Below, one piece after another: positions 41,891 to 51,858 of a stretch of DNA of 64,000 nucleotides. Each line of letters starts with the position of its first letter. The stretch's first letter is position 1. The stretch covers positions 384,001-448,000 of the forward strand of contig CAVSOU010000007.1 of NCBI GenBank assembly GCA_963729625.1, in the 5' to 3' direction. The position numbers and the translations under genes were made by a program. The notes below the pieces were generated by a model. It was not told the origin of the DNA. It ran no database searches and worked only from the letters and a program-made list of their open reading frames with translations. This stretch comes from an uncultured bacterium. Lineage in GTDB: Bacteria; Chloroflexota; UBA5177; JANWHV01.

Positions 41891-42973
41891 GTGCTGACGT
41901 CGGTCGGCGTGGGCGAAGGCGGCCTTGAAGGCACGCTTTGCATGGAGTCAGCGCGCAATAGTCGGGTCCGTGCATTCGAGTACCCAAGATTGGTCACAAT
42001 AATGTGGAGCAGCGGTGTTGGCAGCAGCAAGCCCGATGTCGACGCGGGCACCTTTCTCGACCCGGCAATCGACCCCAAGCTCGATGTCCCGTCGAAAGCG
42101 ACAGTCACCGGAATGAAGGTGGCGCTGTTCGAGACCGAAAAGGGCCGCGACATCGTTCCGGCCGTGGCTCAAACGGGCGACTATCACGTTGCCATGCCTG
42201 ACCGGGCTCGAGTGCCGGCCACGCTTGCGGCAAAATCCCATGCTTGGCCCCGGATTAGCGTGATCATCCCGGCGAGGAATGAAGCGCTGAACCTGCCACA
42301 TGTGCTCGCACAGCTACCCAAAGATCTGCACGAAGTCATTCTCGTTGATGGGCACTCCACTGACGACACGGTTGAGGTTGCTCAAAGGCATTGGCCAGGC
42401 ATCCGTGTTGTTCAAGACACGCGTCGCGGGAAAGGGAATGCTCTCGCCTGCGGCTTCGCGGCCGCGCGCGGGGACATCATCGTGATGATTGATGCCGACG
42501 GATCTGCCGATGGAGCTGAGATACCGAGGTTTGTCCGCGCGCTTCTCGACGGAGCGGATATTGCCAAGGGCTCGCGATTTCTGCAAGGCGGCGGAAGCAG
42601 CGACATCACACACGTGCGCCGCGCGGGCAACTGGGTGCTCACCAATATCGTAAACATGCTCTATCGTACGACCTATACCGATCTGTGCTACGGCTACAAC
42701 GCCTTCTGGACCCGACACTTGCCGGTGCTTCACGTGGACTGCGATGGATTCGAAGTCGAGACTCTGATCAATATACGGATCGCAAAGGCCGGACTGCGCG
42801 TGACGGAAGTTCCGAGCTTCGAAGCGAGCCGACTGAGCGGCGCGAGCAACCTGCACGCGCTGCGCGATGGCTTCCGTGTGCTGAAGACCATAGTGCGGGA
42901 GCGCCAGACCGGGGGGACGCAACGCAGGGAAGCCCTTGCCGAGGGTCAGGCTACCGTTGACGTAGGCGCCTAA
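41891..42973 (+). CDS. Glycosyltransferase family 2 (DPM1-like); start uncertain, possibly ATG 42113
   Basis: SVIIPARNEA, LVDGHSTDDT, GKGNAL, MIDADGS, TDLCYGY, GFEVET. Confidence 0.88.
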   Translation: MLTSVGVGEGGLEGTLCMESARNSRVRAFEYPRLVTIMWSSGVGSSKPDVDAGTFLDPAIDPKLDVPSKATVTGMKVALFETEKGRDIVPAVAQTGDYHVAMPDRARVPATLAAKSHAWPRISVIIPARNEALNLPHVLAQLPKDLHEVILVDGHSTDDTVEVAQRHWPGIRVVQDTRRGKGNALACGFAAARGDIIVMIDADGSADGAEIPRFVRALLDGADIAKGSRFLQGGGSSDITHVRRAGNWVLTNIVNMLYRTTYTDLCYGYNAFWTRHLPVLHVDCDGFEVETLINIRIAKAGLRVTEVPSFEASRLSGASNLHALRDGFRVLKTIVRERQTGGTQRREALAEGQATVDVGA

Positions 42974-43000
42974 AGCCAGGCTTTGCGGAGATCTTCGGAA

Positions 43001-44560
43001 CTACCGCCCGCCGGTATCACCTACCGGCACGACAGCGGCCCCGTCGGGCTTCACCGAGAGCTTGGACTGCGACGCGAGCTTGGTCGAGGATTTCACCAGC
43101 CACGCGGCGATAAAGGCTGGCAAGCCAATGATCGCCACGACGAGGTACGTGTCGTGATAGGCGGTAGCCTGCGCATTCAGGATCGCCGGGGAGAGGTGTG
43201 AAGCCGCTCCAGTGGCTCCGTACGTACGCGCCAGACCGCGAGCCGCGCCGTGCGCTGCCAGTCCAAGATTCGCAATATAGGTTGTCGCGCGCCCTTGAAG
43301 GTAGTTCGTCAATACCGCGATACCCAGCGAGCCCATCACATTGCGGCCGACTACGTTGAGCGTCGTCGCCTCAGGCAACAGCGGACCGTTGATACCTTCA
43401 AGCAAGACAGTGTTGGTGGACTGCATGGTGAGCGGTAACCCGATGCCTCGGAGGAACAAAATCACAGGCAATACGAGGAGGTTGGCGGTCGCCGTGGTCC
43501 AGAAGGCGAGCCAGAAGCTGGTCAGGGTCACGATGATGAGGCCGGCGAAGATAAGGCGCCGCGGTCCAACGCGATTGTATACCTGACCACTCGTGATGGT
43601 TCCAATGACCGAGCCGATCCCCTGCCACAAGAGCAACATACCGGCGGCAAACGGCGTTTCTTGACGCAATACCTGGAGGTATTGTGGAAGCAGAAAGGCA
43701 GGTCCCAGTAATCCGACGACGCCGACGACGACTATCAAGGTGCCAAGCAGGAATGTGCGTCGCACATACAGCCGCAGTTGCAGCAGCGGTTGTCGCGCAC
43801 GTAGCTCGACGGGAACGAACGTACCGAGCAGGAGCAAAGACACCAAGATTGGCCCGCTCACGGTGCCGGTGCTCTGCCAACCGTCGTACGCAAGATTGGA
43901 GAGGCCGAACAGAAGCAGTCCAAGCCCAACCGCGGCCAGCAGAAAGCCCGGAGCGTCGAACCGCCGGCTTGCCTCCGGCCGCTGCTCGCGCAAGACGCGA
44001 GCCGCCATGACCACGCCGATAATGCCAACAGGCAGATTGACGTAGAACACCCATCGCCAGTCGACATACTGTGTGAGGTACCCGCCCAGGCTCGGCCCAA
44101 GCGCGGGCGCAACCAAAACGGGAATGCCGAAGATGCCATTCGCGCGCCCGCGGTCTTTGCCGGTGAACACCGAGAAGAGCATGGCAAACGACAAGGGGAA
44201 CAGTGCCGCGCCGCCTGCGCCTTGCAAGACACGGAAAGCGATCAGCAGACCGATGTTCGGCGCGACACCGCAGAGCGCCGATCCGAACGTGAATACCACG
44301 AGCGACGCAATATACACTCGTTTGCTGCCGAAACGGTTAGCCAGAAAGCCGGTGGCCGGGACAAGCACGCCCGCCGCAAGAATATATGCCGTGGCGACGT
44401 ACGAAGCCAGGTGGAGATCGGCGCCGAAGTCGCGCTGAATGCGGGGCAGCGCCGTGTTCACGATGGTCGCATCGAGGATGCTAGCGAAGGCGCCAAACAC
44501 GACGGTGACGAGCACCCACCACCTGTACGTGTCGGAGGCCGCACCGCCTTTGCGCTGCAT
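43001..44560 (-). CDS. DHA2 (EmrB/QacA) MFS drug efflux permease
   Basis: LDATIVNTALP, RVLQGAGG, WRWVFYVNLPVG; about 14 TM segments. Confidence 0.93.
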   Translation of the reverse strand: MQRKGGAASDTYRWWVLVTVVFGAFASILDATIVNTALPRIQRDFGADLHLASYVATAYILAAGVLVPATGFLANRFGSKRVYIASLVVFTFGSALCGVAPNIGLLIAFRVLQGAGGAALFPLSFAMLFSVFTGKDRGRANGIFGIPVLVAPALGPSLGGYLTQYVDWRWVFYVNLPVGIIGVVMAARVLREQRPEASRRFDAPGFLLAAVGLGLLLFGLSNLAYDGWQSTGTVSGPILVSLLLLGTFVPVELRARQPLLQLRLYVRRTFLLGTLIVVVGVVGLLGPAFLLPQYLQVLRQETPFAAGMLLLWQGIGSVIGTITSGQVYNRVGPRRLIFAGLIIVTLTSFWLAFWTTATANLLVLPVILFLRGIGLPLTMQSTNTVLLEGINGPLLPEATTLNVVGRNVMGSLGIAVLTNYLQGRATTYIANLGLAAHGAARGLARTYGATGAASHLSPAILNAQATAYHDTYLVVAIIGLPAFIAAWLVKSSTKLASQSKLSVKPDGAAVVPVGDTGGR

Positions 44561-44566
44561 GGCTAG

Positions 44567-46314
44567 CCTGGATTATGCGGGAACGAGCAGCTGAGCCGCA
44601 GGGAGGCAGGTTTCAGGCTACGAACCGTTGAGCGTGGTTGATTGCTAGGGTTCGCTCCCTTATGGTCAAGTTCTTAGACGACGACCAACGAGCGGAGCGA
44701 ACCCTATGGCTACTCAGTCTGCCACACAGCGCTATCACTTTGCCACCCAGACCGGGTTGGCGCTCGAGGCCCTCTTTGATGGTGGCCGCCTGACCAGCGA
44801 TGGCGGCCTGCCCTGGCTCGCCAAGGCCGACGCGGTGTTGGGACTGTGTGCCGGGCTGGCAGCGAGCCTGCCGGAGCGCCGCCAGCGGCACATCCGCTAC
44901 TCCCTGGAGGGTCTGGTCCGCCAGCGCGTGTTCCAGATTGCCTGCGGGTACGAGGACCAGAACGATGCCAACACCCTGCGCCACGACCCCCTGCTCAAGA
45001 TGGTCTGCGGGCGTCTGCCGGAGAGTGGTCCTGCGCTGGCCGGCCAGTCCACCTGCAGCCGCCTGGAGAACAGCGTGGACCGGCAAGCCTGTCGCCACCT
45101 GGCCCACGCCCTCCTGGAGGTGTACCTGGTGGCGAGGGAACAGGACGGCGTGCCTCGGCACATTCTGCTGGACATCGACAGCACGGATGACCCCACGCAC
45201 GGGCACCAGGAAGGGGCGGCGTACCACGGGTACTACCGCCAGCACCAGTACTACCCGCTGCTCGTCTTCGATGGCGAGACCGACCAGCTGATCACCGCCA
45301 TCCTGCGCCCGGGCACGGTGCACGGCAGCCGCGGGGTGATTACGGTGCTGCGCGTGCTAGTCCGGGCCTTTCGGCAGCGCTGGCCCGGCGTGCAGATCGA
45401 GATCCGCGCTGACGCAGCGGGCGCCACGCCCCGAATCTACCAGTTCTGCGAGCGCCACCATATCACCTACACCCTGGGTCTGGGCACCAATGCCCGCCTG
45501 GCAGCCCTGGCCGCGCCCCTGCTGGCGCAGGCCCAGGCCCAGCGCGAGGCCACCGCCGCGGAGAAGGTCCGCCTGTGCGGCGAGACCACCTACCAGGCCG
45601 AGAGTTGGGACCGCGCACGGCGCGTGGTCTACAAGACCGAAGCCCTGGCCAAGGGGCCCAATGTCCGCTTCGTCGTCACCAGCCGCACCGACGCGCCGAC
45701 AGACCTCTACGATTGGTATGTCGATCGGGGCACCCCGGAACTGTGGATCAAGGACATCAAGCTCGCCTGCTTCGCCGACCGCCTGAGCGACCATCGCTTC
45801 TGGGCCAACCAGTGCCGCCTCATCCTGCACGCCGCCGCCTATTGGCTCCTCGATACCCTCCGACGCTGGCTGACTGCCCGCGGCCTGCCCCGTCTGCAGC
45901 TCGATACCCTGCGGCTCCAGCTCATCAAGATCGGCGGCCGGGTGCGGGAAGGGCTGCACCGCATCCGCCTGCACCTGGCCAGCAGCCATCCTGGTCAGGC
46001 CCTCTGGAGCCTGCTCGGTGCGCAGCCGCCCGGCCACGCGCCGCCGTTCCTCCGCTAATCCGTCCCGCTGCTGCCGATCGCTGCCGACACCGCGACTGTC
46101 CCTGTCGCGGTACGACCCCTCACGCCGTCCTCCCCGCGCCAACTGCCCCACCAGCGAGCCCAGCCACGCACCGCTGGATGCACGCTGGATCCTGCCGCCG
46201 CACCAGGCCCCCTCTGCATGCCGGCGCACATTACCTCGACGCGATGCGGGCCGCGACGAGCATCCCCTCAACCTTGCTTAGCTCGCTTCCTTCAGGGGTC
46301 CCGCATAATCCAGG
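44567..46314 (+). mobile_element. Complete IS1380-family insertion sequence (1748 bp)
   Basis: Perfect 16-bp TIRs CCTGGATTATGCGGGA (44567-44582) and TCCCGCATAATCCAGG (46299-46314); 4-bp target duplication CTAG (44563-44566 and 46315-46318). Confidence 0.95.
44706..46058 (+). CDS. IS1380-family DDE transposase
   Basis: FDGGRLTSDGG, GYEDQND, LDIDSTDDPTHGHQ, RADAA, RGTPELWIKDIK, HRFWANQ. Confidence 0.95.
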   Translation: MATQSATQRYHFATQTGLALEALFDGGRLTSDGGLPWLAKADAVLGLCAGLAASLPERRQRHIRYSLEGLVRQRVFQIACGYEDQNDANTLRHDPLLKMVCGRLPESGPALAGQSTCSRLENSVDRQACRHLAHALLEVYLVAREQDGVPRHILLDIDSTDDPTHGHQEGAAYHGYYRQHQYYPLLVFDGETDQLITAILRPGTVHGSRGVITVLRVLVRAFRQRWPGVQIEIRADAAGATPRIYQFCERHHITYTLGLGTNARLAALAAPLLAQAQAQREATAAEKVRLCGETTYQAESWDRARRVVYKTEALAKGPNVRFVVTSRTDAPTDLYDWYVDRGTPELWIKDIKLACFADRLSDHRFWANQCRLILHAAAYWLLDTLRRWLTARGLPRLQLDTLRLQLIKIGGRVREGLHRIRLHLASSHPGQALWSLLGAQPPGHAPPFLR

Positions 46315-46727
46315 CTAGCAGTGTCTCCATTCCGTGTGCACGCTGGGCGACCCGCCACGCGGATCTTGTCCCTTAAGAAGCGGTCGTCCGCGAGCAGGCA
46401 GTGCGCTGAATGGCCGTGCGCGAACGGAGCAAAATACAGTGTAATTTGCCCTCATGGGTGTGTCAAAGCTCGCAGGAGCGGGGTGCCCCTGGGGGACGGG
46501 GATATCGTATCCGCGGTGCTCGCAGAGCGCAACGTGCCGCGTGCGGGTGCCGCATCGAGGGCGGCGGGTCCGGGCCACGTCCGTGTGCGGGGTTCGGGGC
46601 TGACACAAGACCGCGAGCGGTACCTCGCGAGCCCAGACGAACAGCAATCACAAGCTTGAGCAGGGCCAGGGTCCGCGCGTTACAGTTGCGAGTCCCGCCG
46701 ACAGCGCGCCACCATGCGATCGACCCG

Positions 46728-47324
46728 TCATGCACGCGCGCTCGGCGCCAGCAGCCGGTGCAGCGTGCGCTGCGCGCGATAGAGCGACGCCTTTACCGCC
46801 CCTTCGCTTCGGCCCAGCACCAACGCTATGTCCTTCACGGCCAGATCCTCTCCGTATCGTAGCAGCACGACCTGACGCTGCACTAGAGGCAGAGCGGAGA
46901 CTACGGCCATGAGGGCCCTGTCGCGCTCACCGCGCAACAGCGCGTCCTCTGGACCTGGAGCGTCGTCCGCCCGCTCGGGGGCATCGTCAAGCGCGACGGT
47001 CGTCGCGTGGCGCGCCCTGCCTGCGATAGCGTTGCCTGCGATGCGGTAGAGCCAGGCGCGAAACGGTAGGCCACGCCATTCGTAGCGCGGCAAGTACGTA
47101 ATTGCGCGCTCGAAGGTCTCCGAGACGACGTCTTCAGCTGCCATGCGATCGTGCAGGCAACGCATTGCATAGGCGTAGAGGCGGTTCACATGGAGTTCGT
47201 ACAACTCGACAAATGCTGTCGCATCCGTGCGCGCGCGCTCGACGAGCGCATGTTCATCGTCGACGGACCGCCGAGGACGATCCTGTACGTCGCACTCAAC
47301 TCGAACGACTGCGTTCGTTCCCAG
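46728..47324 (-). CDS. ECF-type sigma-70 factor; start non-canonical or uncertain (CTG 47324, or TTG 47204 which cuts the N-terminus)
   Basis: DEHALVERARTDATAFVELYE, AEDVVSETF, FRAWLYRIAGN, LPLVQRQVVLLRY, IALVLGRSEGAVKASLYRA. Confidence 0.85.
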   Translation of the reverse strand: MGTNAVVRVECDVQDRPRRSVDDEHALVERARTDATAFVELYELHVNRLYAYAMRCLHDRMAAEDVVSETFERAITYLPRYEWRGLPFRAWLYRIAGNAIAGRARHATTVALDDAPERADDAPGPEDALLRGERDRALMAVVSALPLVQRQVVLLRYGEDLAVKDIALVLGRSEGAVKASLYRAQRTLHRLLAPSARA

Positions 47325-47333
47325 CTTGCGCCT

Positions 47334-47774
47334 CTACGCTGAAATAGCCTGAGGCCAGCTCAGGCGTTCTATCCGGTCGAATAGCTCCTTATGATCGACG
47401 CGACCAGTCAGATAGGCGTCGGTTCCCGCCTCGAATCCGTCAAGCAGGTCCTCGAGACTTCCCTCCGGATCGAGCATCATGATCGCGGATTCGACCTTGA
47501 TCGAACGGAGGGCGCGGCATAACCCGAGCCCATCGAACGTTCGATCGGCCATGTCGAGAACGATCACGTTCGGCTCGTCGCCGGCATTCACCGCCGCCAT
47601 CACCTCATCAGTGCTGGCAACGCGGACTGAAAAGTGCCCACGCAACAGGACTGCGCGCCAATGGCTCGCGAACATGCCATTGGCGGAAACAAACAACACG
47701 CGAGCGCGCACCGTGGGTCGCGCGGGAGTGCGAATGACTCGTGTGTTCACAATACTGAGTCGTGCGGAAGACAC
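47334..47774 (-). CDS. Atypical receiver-domain protein
   Basis: PNVIVLDMAD..DGLGLCRALR, GFEAGTDAYL. The acidic pocket (VSAN) and conserved Lys-Pro (TGR) are degenerate. RBS AGAGGGGG. Confidence 0.75.
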   Translation of the reverse strand: MSSARLSIVNTRVIRTPARPTVRARVLFVSANGMFASHWRAVLLRGHFSVRVASTDEVMAAVNAGDEPNVIVLDMADRTFDGLGLCRALRSIKVESAIMMLDPEGSLEDLLDGFEAGTDAYLTGRVDHKELFDRIERLSWPQAISA

Positions 47775-47899
47775 TGTCTGCCCCCTCTGCTAGATCGCCG
47801 CTTCTCTCCAGGTGCATCCAGCACCTGATTCAAGCATAGGTAGTCACTATGAGAGGGAGATGATAGCAACGTTACAGGATTATGACAGCTTGAGGAGGC

Positions 47900-48676
47900 T
47901 CAAACCAGCGCGGGACTCGCGTAGGCCAGGGTCGTGCCATACCTGCACATCAGACGGACAGAACAGGTGTCGCATCGGGGATGCAGCGCCTTACATGTCA
48001 GTCGCCCGTGGCGGATCATGTTGACGTGCAAAGGAAATACTCGCTCCGGCAACAGGCTTGCCTCGACGGCCTCCTGGATGGCAACTTGGCCGGCAGTAGG
48101 CGGCGCGAAGCCGATTCTGCGGCTCAGCCGCAGTACATGTGTGTCAACGGGGAATGCGGGAAATCCGAGATTGAACAACAAGACGCACGATGCAGTCTTT
48201 GGGCCGACGCCGTGCAGCGACGTCAAGGCATCTCGAGCCTCCTGGAGACTGAGCCCACGCAGTACGTCTAGGTCGAGCGATCCGTATCGCTCCGCGACGG
48301 AGTCCAGGATCTCCAGGATACGCTCCGCCTTTACTGTTGCCAGTCCGCCCACGCGAATAGCACCGGCAATCGTGTCAAGCGGCGCCCGGCGCACCTGTTC
48401 CCAGGTTGCAAGTCGGCTTCGGAGACTCGTGTAGGCGCGCTTGGAGTTGATGTCGGAAGTGTGCTGTGACAGCACTGTCTCGATTAATCCTTCCAGTGGC
48501 CGGCCATCTGGATCGAGCCGAGGCGTGCCGTACAGCGTGCTGAGCGCGCGGTCGGCGTGAAGTATGTGCCGCGGGGGATCGGCCAGCAGATCTTCGAGCG
48601 CGGGCAGTTCGTCCCCGCGCCTGAAGTCGCCTTCGCCTCGGGCCGACGCTTCCTGAGCGTCACGTTCAGTTTCCAT
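47900..48676 (-). CDS. nth: Endonuclease III-like HhH-GPD DNA glycosylase
   Basis: LSQHTSD, LHGVGPKTA, VDTHV, C-x6-C-x2-C-x5-C [4Fe-4S] motif. Confidence 0.88.
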   Translation of the reverse strand: METERDAQEASARGEGDFRRGDELPALEDLLADPPRHILHADRALSTLYGTPRLDPDGRPLEGLIETVLSQHTSDINSKRAYTSLRSRLATWEQVRRAPLDTIAGAIRVGGLATVKAERILEILDSVAERYGSLDLDVLRGLSLQEARDALTSLHGVGPKTASCVLLFNLGFPAFPVDTHVLRLSRRIGFAPPTAGQVAIQEAVEASLLPERVFPLHVNMIRHGRLTCKALHPRCDTCSVRLMCRYGTTLAYASPALV

Positions 48677-49133
48677 GTCGCGAGGTTATCAGAATGTCCT
48701 TATGCATGCCAGTGAGTACGCTGCTGCCCCTCAGTGGCGCACCGTATCCCGAGCCTGGCCTTGTCATGGCACGCTTGTAGGCTTCAGGTGCAGTTGCACG
48801 CTCTGGGATCGCCGGGTACCGCTCGCGGGTGCCGTGTGCGCTCCCACCCTTCATACGGACAAAGCCCGGCGCAGCAGTCCGCGTGCGGGCCCCCCGCTCG
48901 CGGCGAACCACGTCCAAGTGAGCCAGACGGACGCGATGTTCGAGTGCTCCTCCAAAATGCGCCCACATCGTCGATCACCTTGTCAGGGTGCGCCCGGCCG
49001 GCAGGGTGTATTTGGCAACAGGAGCGCGTTTGCGGCATATTGGAGACCGTTTGAGATGCGGCGAGCGCAAGGCGTTCGCAGGGGAGAGGGAGCGTCGAAT
49101 GCCTGGCAGCGCCGCCGCCGGAAACCCACGGGC

Positions 49134-50381
49134 GTGACGAGCACCGGCGCCCGGAGTCCTGGAGGCCGCCGCCACCGCGTCAGAGGGCGTACAGTCGCCG
49201 TTCTGACCGCTGCGTACTGGGCGTACTTCGTCAATGGCCTGGTCAACAGCATTATCGGGCCGTCGCTGCTCAGCATGGTCCACACGTTCCATATCGATCT
49301 CGCGGCCGCCGGGGCAATTGTCACTGCCCAGTTCATCGGCTACCTGCCGGGCGCGCTGGGAAGCGGCATGATCGCCGAGCGCTGGGGATATCGACGCGCG
49401 ATCTTCCCCGCGCTGCTGCTGCTCGCGATTGGTACGATCGGCACCGGACTGGTCGGATCCTGGCTGCTCGCCATCTTCCTGACGGGAGCGGCCGGAGTCG
49501 GCTTCGGCGTGACCGATTCCGTGTGCAATGCCGTGGTAGCGGACGAGACACCTGGCGCGCACGGCACGACGATGAACCTGCTGCACACGTTCTTTGGTGT
49601 CGGCGCTCTCGCGGGGCCGTTGCTTGCAGGAGCACTGCTGTCGAGTCGCGTCGGGTGGCAAGGCCTCTTCTGCCTGGCAGGCTCGATGGCGGCTGGATGT
49701 ATGGTGCTGTTCCTCTTGATCCCGCTGCCTGTGCCCGCCCACCGCGCGATCGGCGGTGACGGGCACTCCGGCAGCCCGCGTGCGCAACGGTCTGGGCAAG
49801 ATAGTGCCATTTGGCGCAGCTCGCACCTTTGGCTCCTGGCAGCGATGCTGCTGCTCTTCGTGGGAATGGAGCAGCTGGTCGGCGCCTGGAGCTCAGCCTT
49901 CCTGACCCGTGTCCAGGGCGCGGACGTGGACACGGCTGCGCGGTCCGCCTCTGTCTATTGGGCGGCTGTGACCATCGGTCGGCTGCTGGCCAGCGCGGTA
50001 GCCTTGCGCCTGACCAGCGAGCGGTTGCTCGGCGGAGCGGCTCTTTTGTCGCTTTGCGCAATCGCGACCCTTGCCCTTGCACACGGGGTGAGTCAGGCAC
50101 TCATCGCCCTGGCCGTTACTGGGTTGGGCTTCGCCGCGATCTATCCCACGATCATGGCCATCACCGCCCGCGCCTACTCGCGCCGTTTCGCCACGATCGC
50201 GGGGTTCATGGCCGCGGCCGGGGGCATCGGCGGCGCGATCTATCCCTGGGTAGGCGGAATCGTGGGCCAGGCTTGGGGATTGCGCGCCACGATGTGGCTG
50301 GCGGCTGCACTCGCGGCCGTTCTCCTCGTCACGTTCACGTTCTTGAACGCCGCGAGCCGCCCACCTGCCGACAGAACTTGA
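49134..50381 (+). CDS. MFS transporter (fucose/glucose permease-like); start approximate
   Basis: About 12 TM segments; NLLHTFFGVGA, FVGMEQ, GFAAIYPT. Confidence 0.85.
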   Translation: MTSTGARSPGGRRHRVRGRTVAVLTAAYWAYFVNGLVNSIIGPSLLSMVHTFHIDLAAAGAIVTAQFIGYLPGALGSGMIAERWGYRRAIFPALLLLAIGTIGTGLVGSWLLAIFLTGAAGVGFGVTDSVCNAVVADETPGAHGTTMNLLHTFFGVGALAGPLLAGALLSSRVGWQGLFCLAGSMAAGCMVLFLLIPLPVPAHRAIGGDGHSGSPRAQRSGQDSAIWRSSHLWLLAAMLLLFVGMEQLVGAWSSAFLTRVQGADVDTAARSASVYWAAVTIGRLLASAVALRLTSERLLGGAALLSLCAIATLALAHGVSQALIALAVTGLGFAAIYPTIMAITARAYSRRFATIAGFMAAAGGIGGAIYPWVGGIVGQAWGLRATMWLAAALAAVLLVTFTFLNAASRPPADRT

Positions 50382-50538
50382 CGTTGTTCCCCGGACACTT
50401 TTGTCACGGCCGACCACTAATCGGATCCAAGCGACAAGTTTGACGTGCAGACACCGGAACGGCAGATCCGAACCACGGGTCTCGCGGAGCTCTGGAACAG
50501 GGTCCAGCAGCCCAGGCGACGTGGCTCGCGGACCCGCG

Positions 50539-51345
50539 CTAGGCCGACGGGAAGCCCATGGTTGAGAGCACGGTTCCGTCTGCGCGAATCGTCATCGCCT
50601 CATAGCCCGCGAGCCGCGCAGTCCAGGCAGGACCCGCGATGCCCATGGCATATGCAGCGGTAGCATAGGCATCGGCCGTGGCAATGTCCGGCCCGGTGAT
50701 CGTCACCGACAGGATGCCGTCTGGTGGACGGCCGGTAGACGGGTCGACGATATGCTGGCCCCGCTCGTAGGCCCCGGAGGTGGCAATCGCCTGGTTGCTC
50801 ACGGCAACGACCGCGGCCAGGCTGTCACGTTGGAGCGGATGCTGAATTCCAATGCGCCAGTTCAGCGCCGGGAATGGGCAGCCCCGCGCGATGATATCGC
50901 CGCCGGCATTGATCGTGTAGTTTCGGGCCCCCGCCGCATCTAGGATTCGCGCCGCTCGTCCGACGGACCAGCCCTTCACCAGCCCTGAGGGGTCGACGGC
51001 CGCAGGGGCCAGATCGGCGGGCAACACAGTGTCCAGTGACCGAGCCGGAGCGTGAATATCGAAATAGCCATCGGTTTCGTCGCGCAGTTCCTCACAGCGC
51101 GCAAGCACCTCGAGCACGTCAGGATGGGCATCCGCGAGGGCCAGCTCGCCGCGATTGAGTCTGGATATCTCACTGTCCGCCTTATAGGTGCTAAACCGCG
51201 CGTCCACGCAGCGGAACCACTCGAATGCCCGATCGAGCGCGCTGGGTTCGATATCCGTGTCACGCACGTCGATGATGATCGGCATCCCCATGATCTGCTC
51301 GACGCGAAGGAACGCCGGATTGGACTGAGGACCAGCCGTGTCCAT
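50539..51345 (-). CDS. apbE: FAD:protein FMN transferase
   Basis: FSTYKADSEISRLN, DPSGLVKGW, INAGGDI, IATSGAYERGQHIVDP, ADAYATA. Confidence 0.92.
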   Translation of the reverse strand: MDTAGPQSNPAFLRVEQIMGMPIIIDVRDTDIEPSALDRAFEWFRCVDARFSTYKADSEISRLNRGELALADAHPDVLEVLARCEELRDETDGYFDIHAPARSLDTVLPADLAPAAVDPSGLVKGWSVGRAARILDAAGARNYTINAGGDIIARGCPFPALNWRIGIQHPLQRDSLAAVVAVSNQAIATSGAYERGQHIVDPSTGRPPDGILSVTITGPDIATADAYATAAYAMGIAGPAWTARLAGYEAMTIRADGTVLSTMGFPSA

Positions 51346-51349
51346 GCAG

Positions 51350-51835
51350 CTATGCCAAGTGTGCGGTGTGCAACGCCGCGAGCAGTGAGTGGTAAAACGC
51401 TACGCTGGTCATCGTCGCGCCCGAAATGCCATAGATGTTCTTGACGCTGGCGGCCGTCTTGGCTTGCAGTACCTCCTGGCGCAGCATCGGAACGGCCTGA
51501 TTATTGATGAACGCCGATCGCGCGCGCTCAGTGGGCGCCGTGGCGGAAACAGCCGTGACGGCACTTCCCTTGACCACGATGGTCACCTGCACCGGTCCCC
51601 ACTGCATGGGTACGCTGGGTCCCGCATACGTAAAGGTGGCAGCGAGTTTCGCCTTGTTCCGCGCGATAGGTGTAGGCTTGGCGTGTGCCGCCGGCGTCTT
51701 CGTTGCAGTGCTTGAGACCGACGATGAAGTGGCCTGACCTGAGTTGGCGGTTCGCGCGTTAATCGCAAAGCCCACGGGGGCAGCTATAGCGGCTGTAGTC
51801 AGCATCGATACGGTGAGGGCCTTGCGCATCAGCAT
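51350..51835 (-). CDS. Exported FMN-binding domain protein (ApbE substrate)
   Basis: Signal peptide, low-complexity linker, WGPVQV, and flavinylation motif ISGATMTS. Confidence 0.88.
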   Translation of the reverse strand: MLMRKALTVSMLTTAAIAAPVGFAINARTANSGQATSSSVSSTATKTPAAHAKPTPIARNKAKLAATFTYAGPSVPMQWGPVQVTIVVKGSAVTAVSATAPTERARSAFINNQAVPMLRQEVLQAKTAASVKNIYGISGATMTSVAFYHSLLAALHTAHLA

Positions 51836-51858
51836 CTCCTTGGACCGTCAATGTATCC

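Noticed and set aside
46315-46647. 110-aa ORF between the ECF sigma and the IS as a possible anti-sigma factor
   Set aside because: No TM segment or ZAS motif, Arg/Pro-rich non-coding-like composition, weak start.
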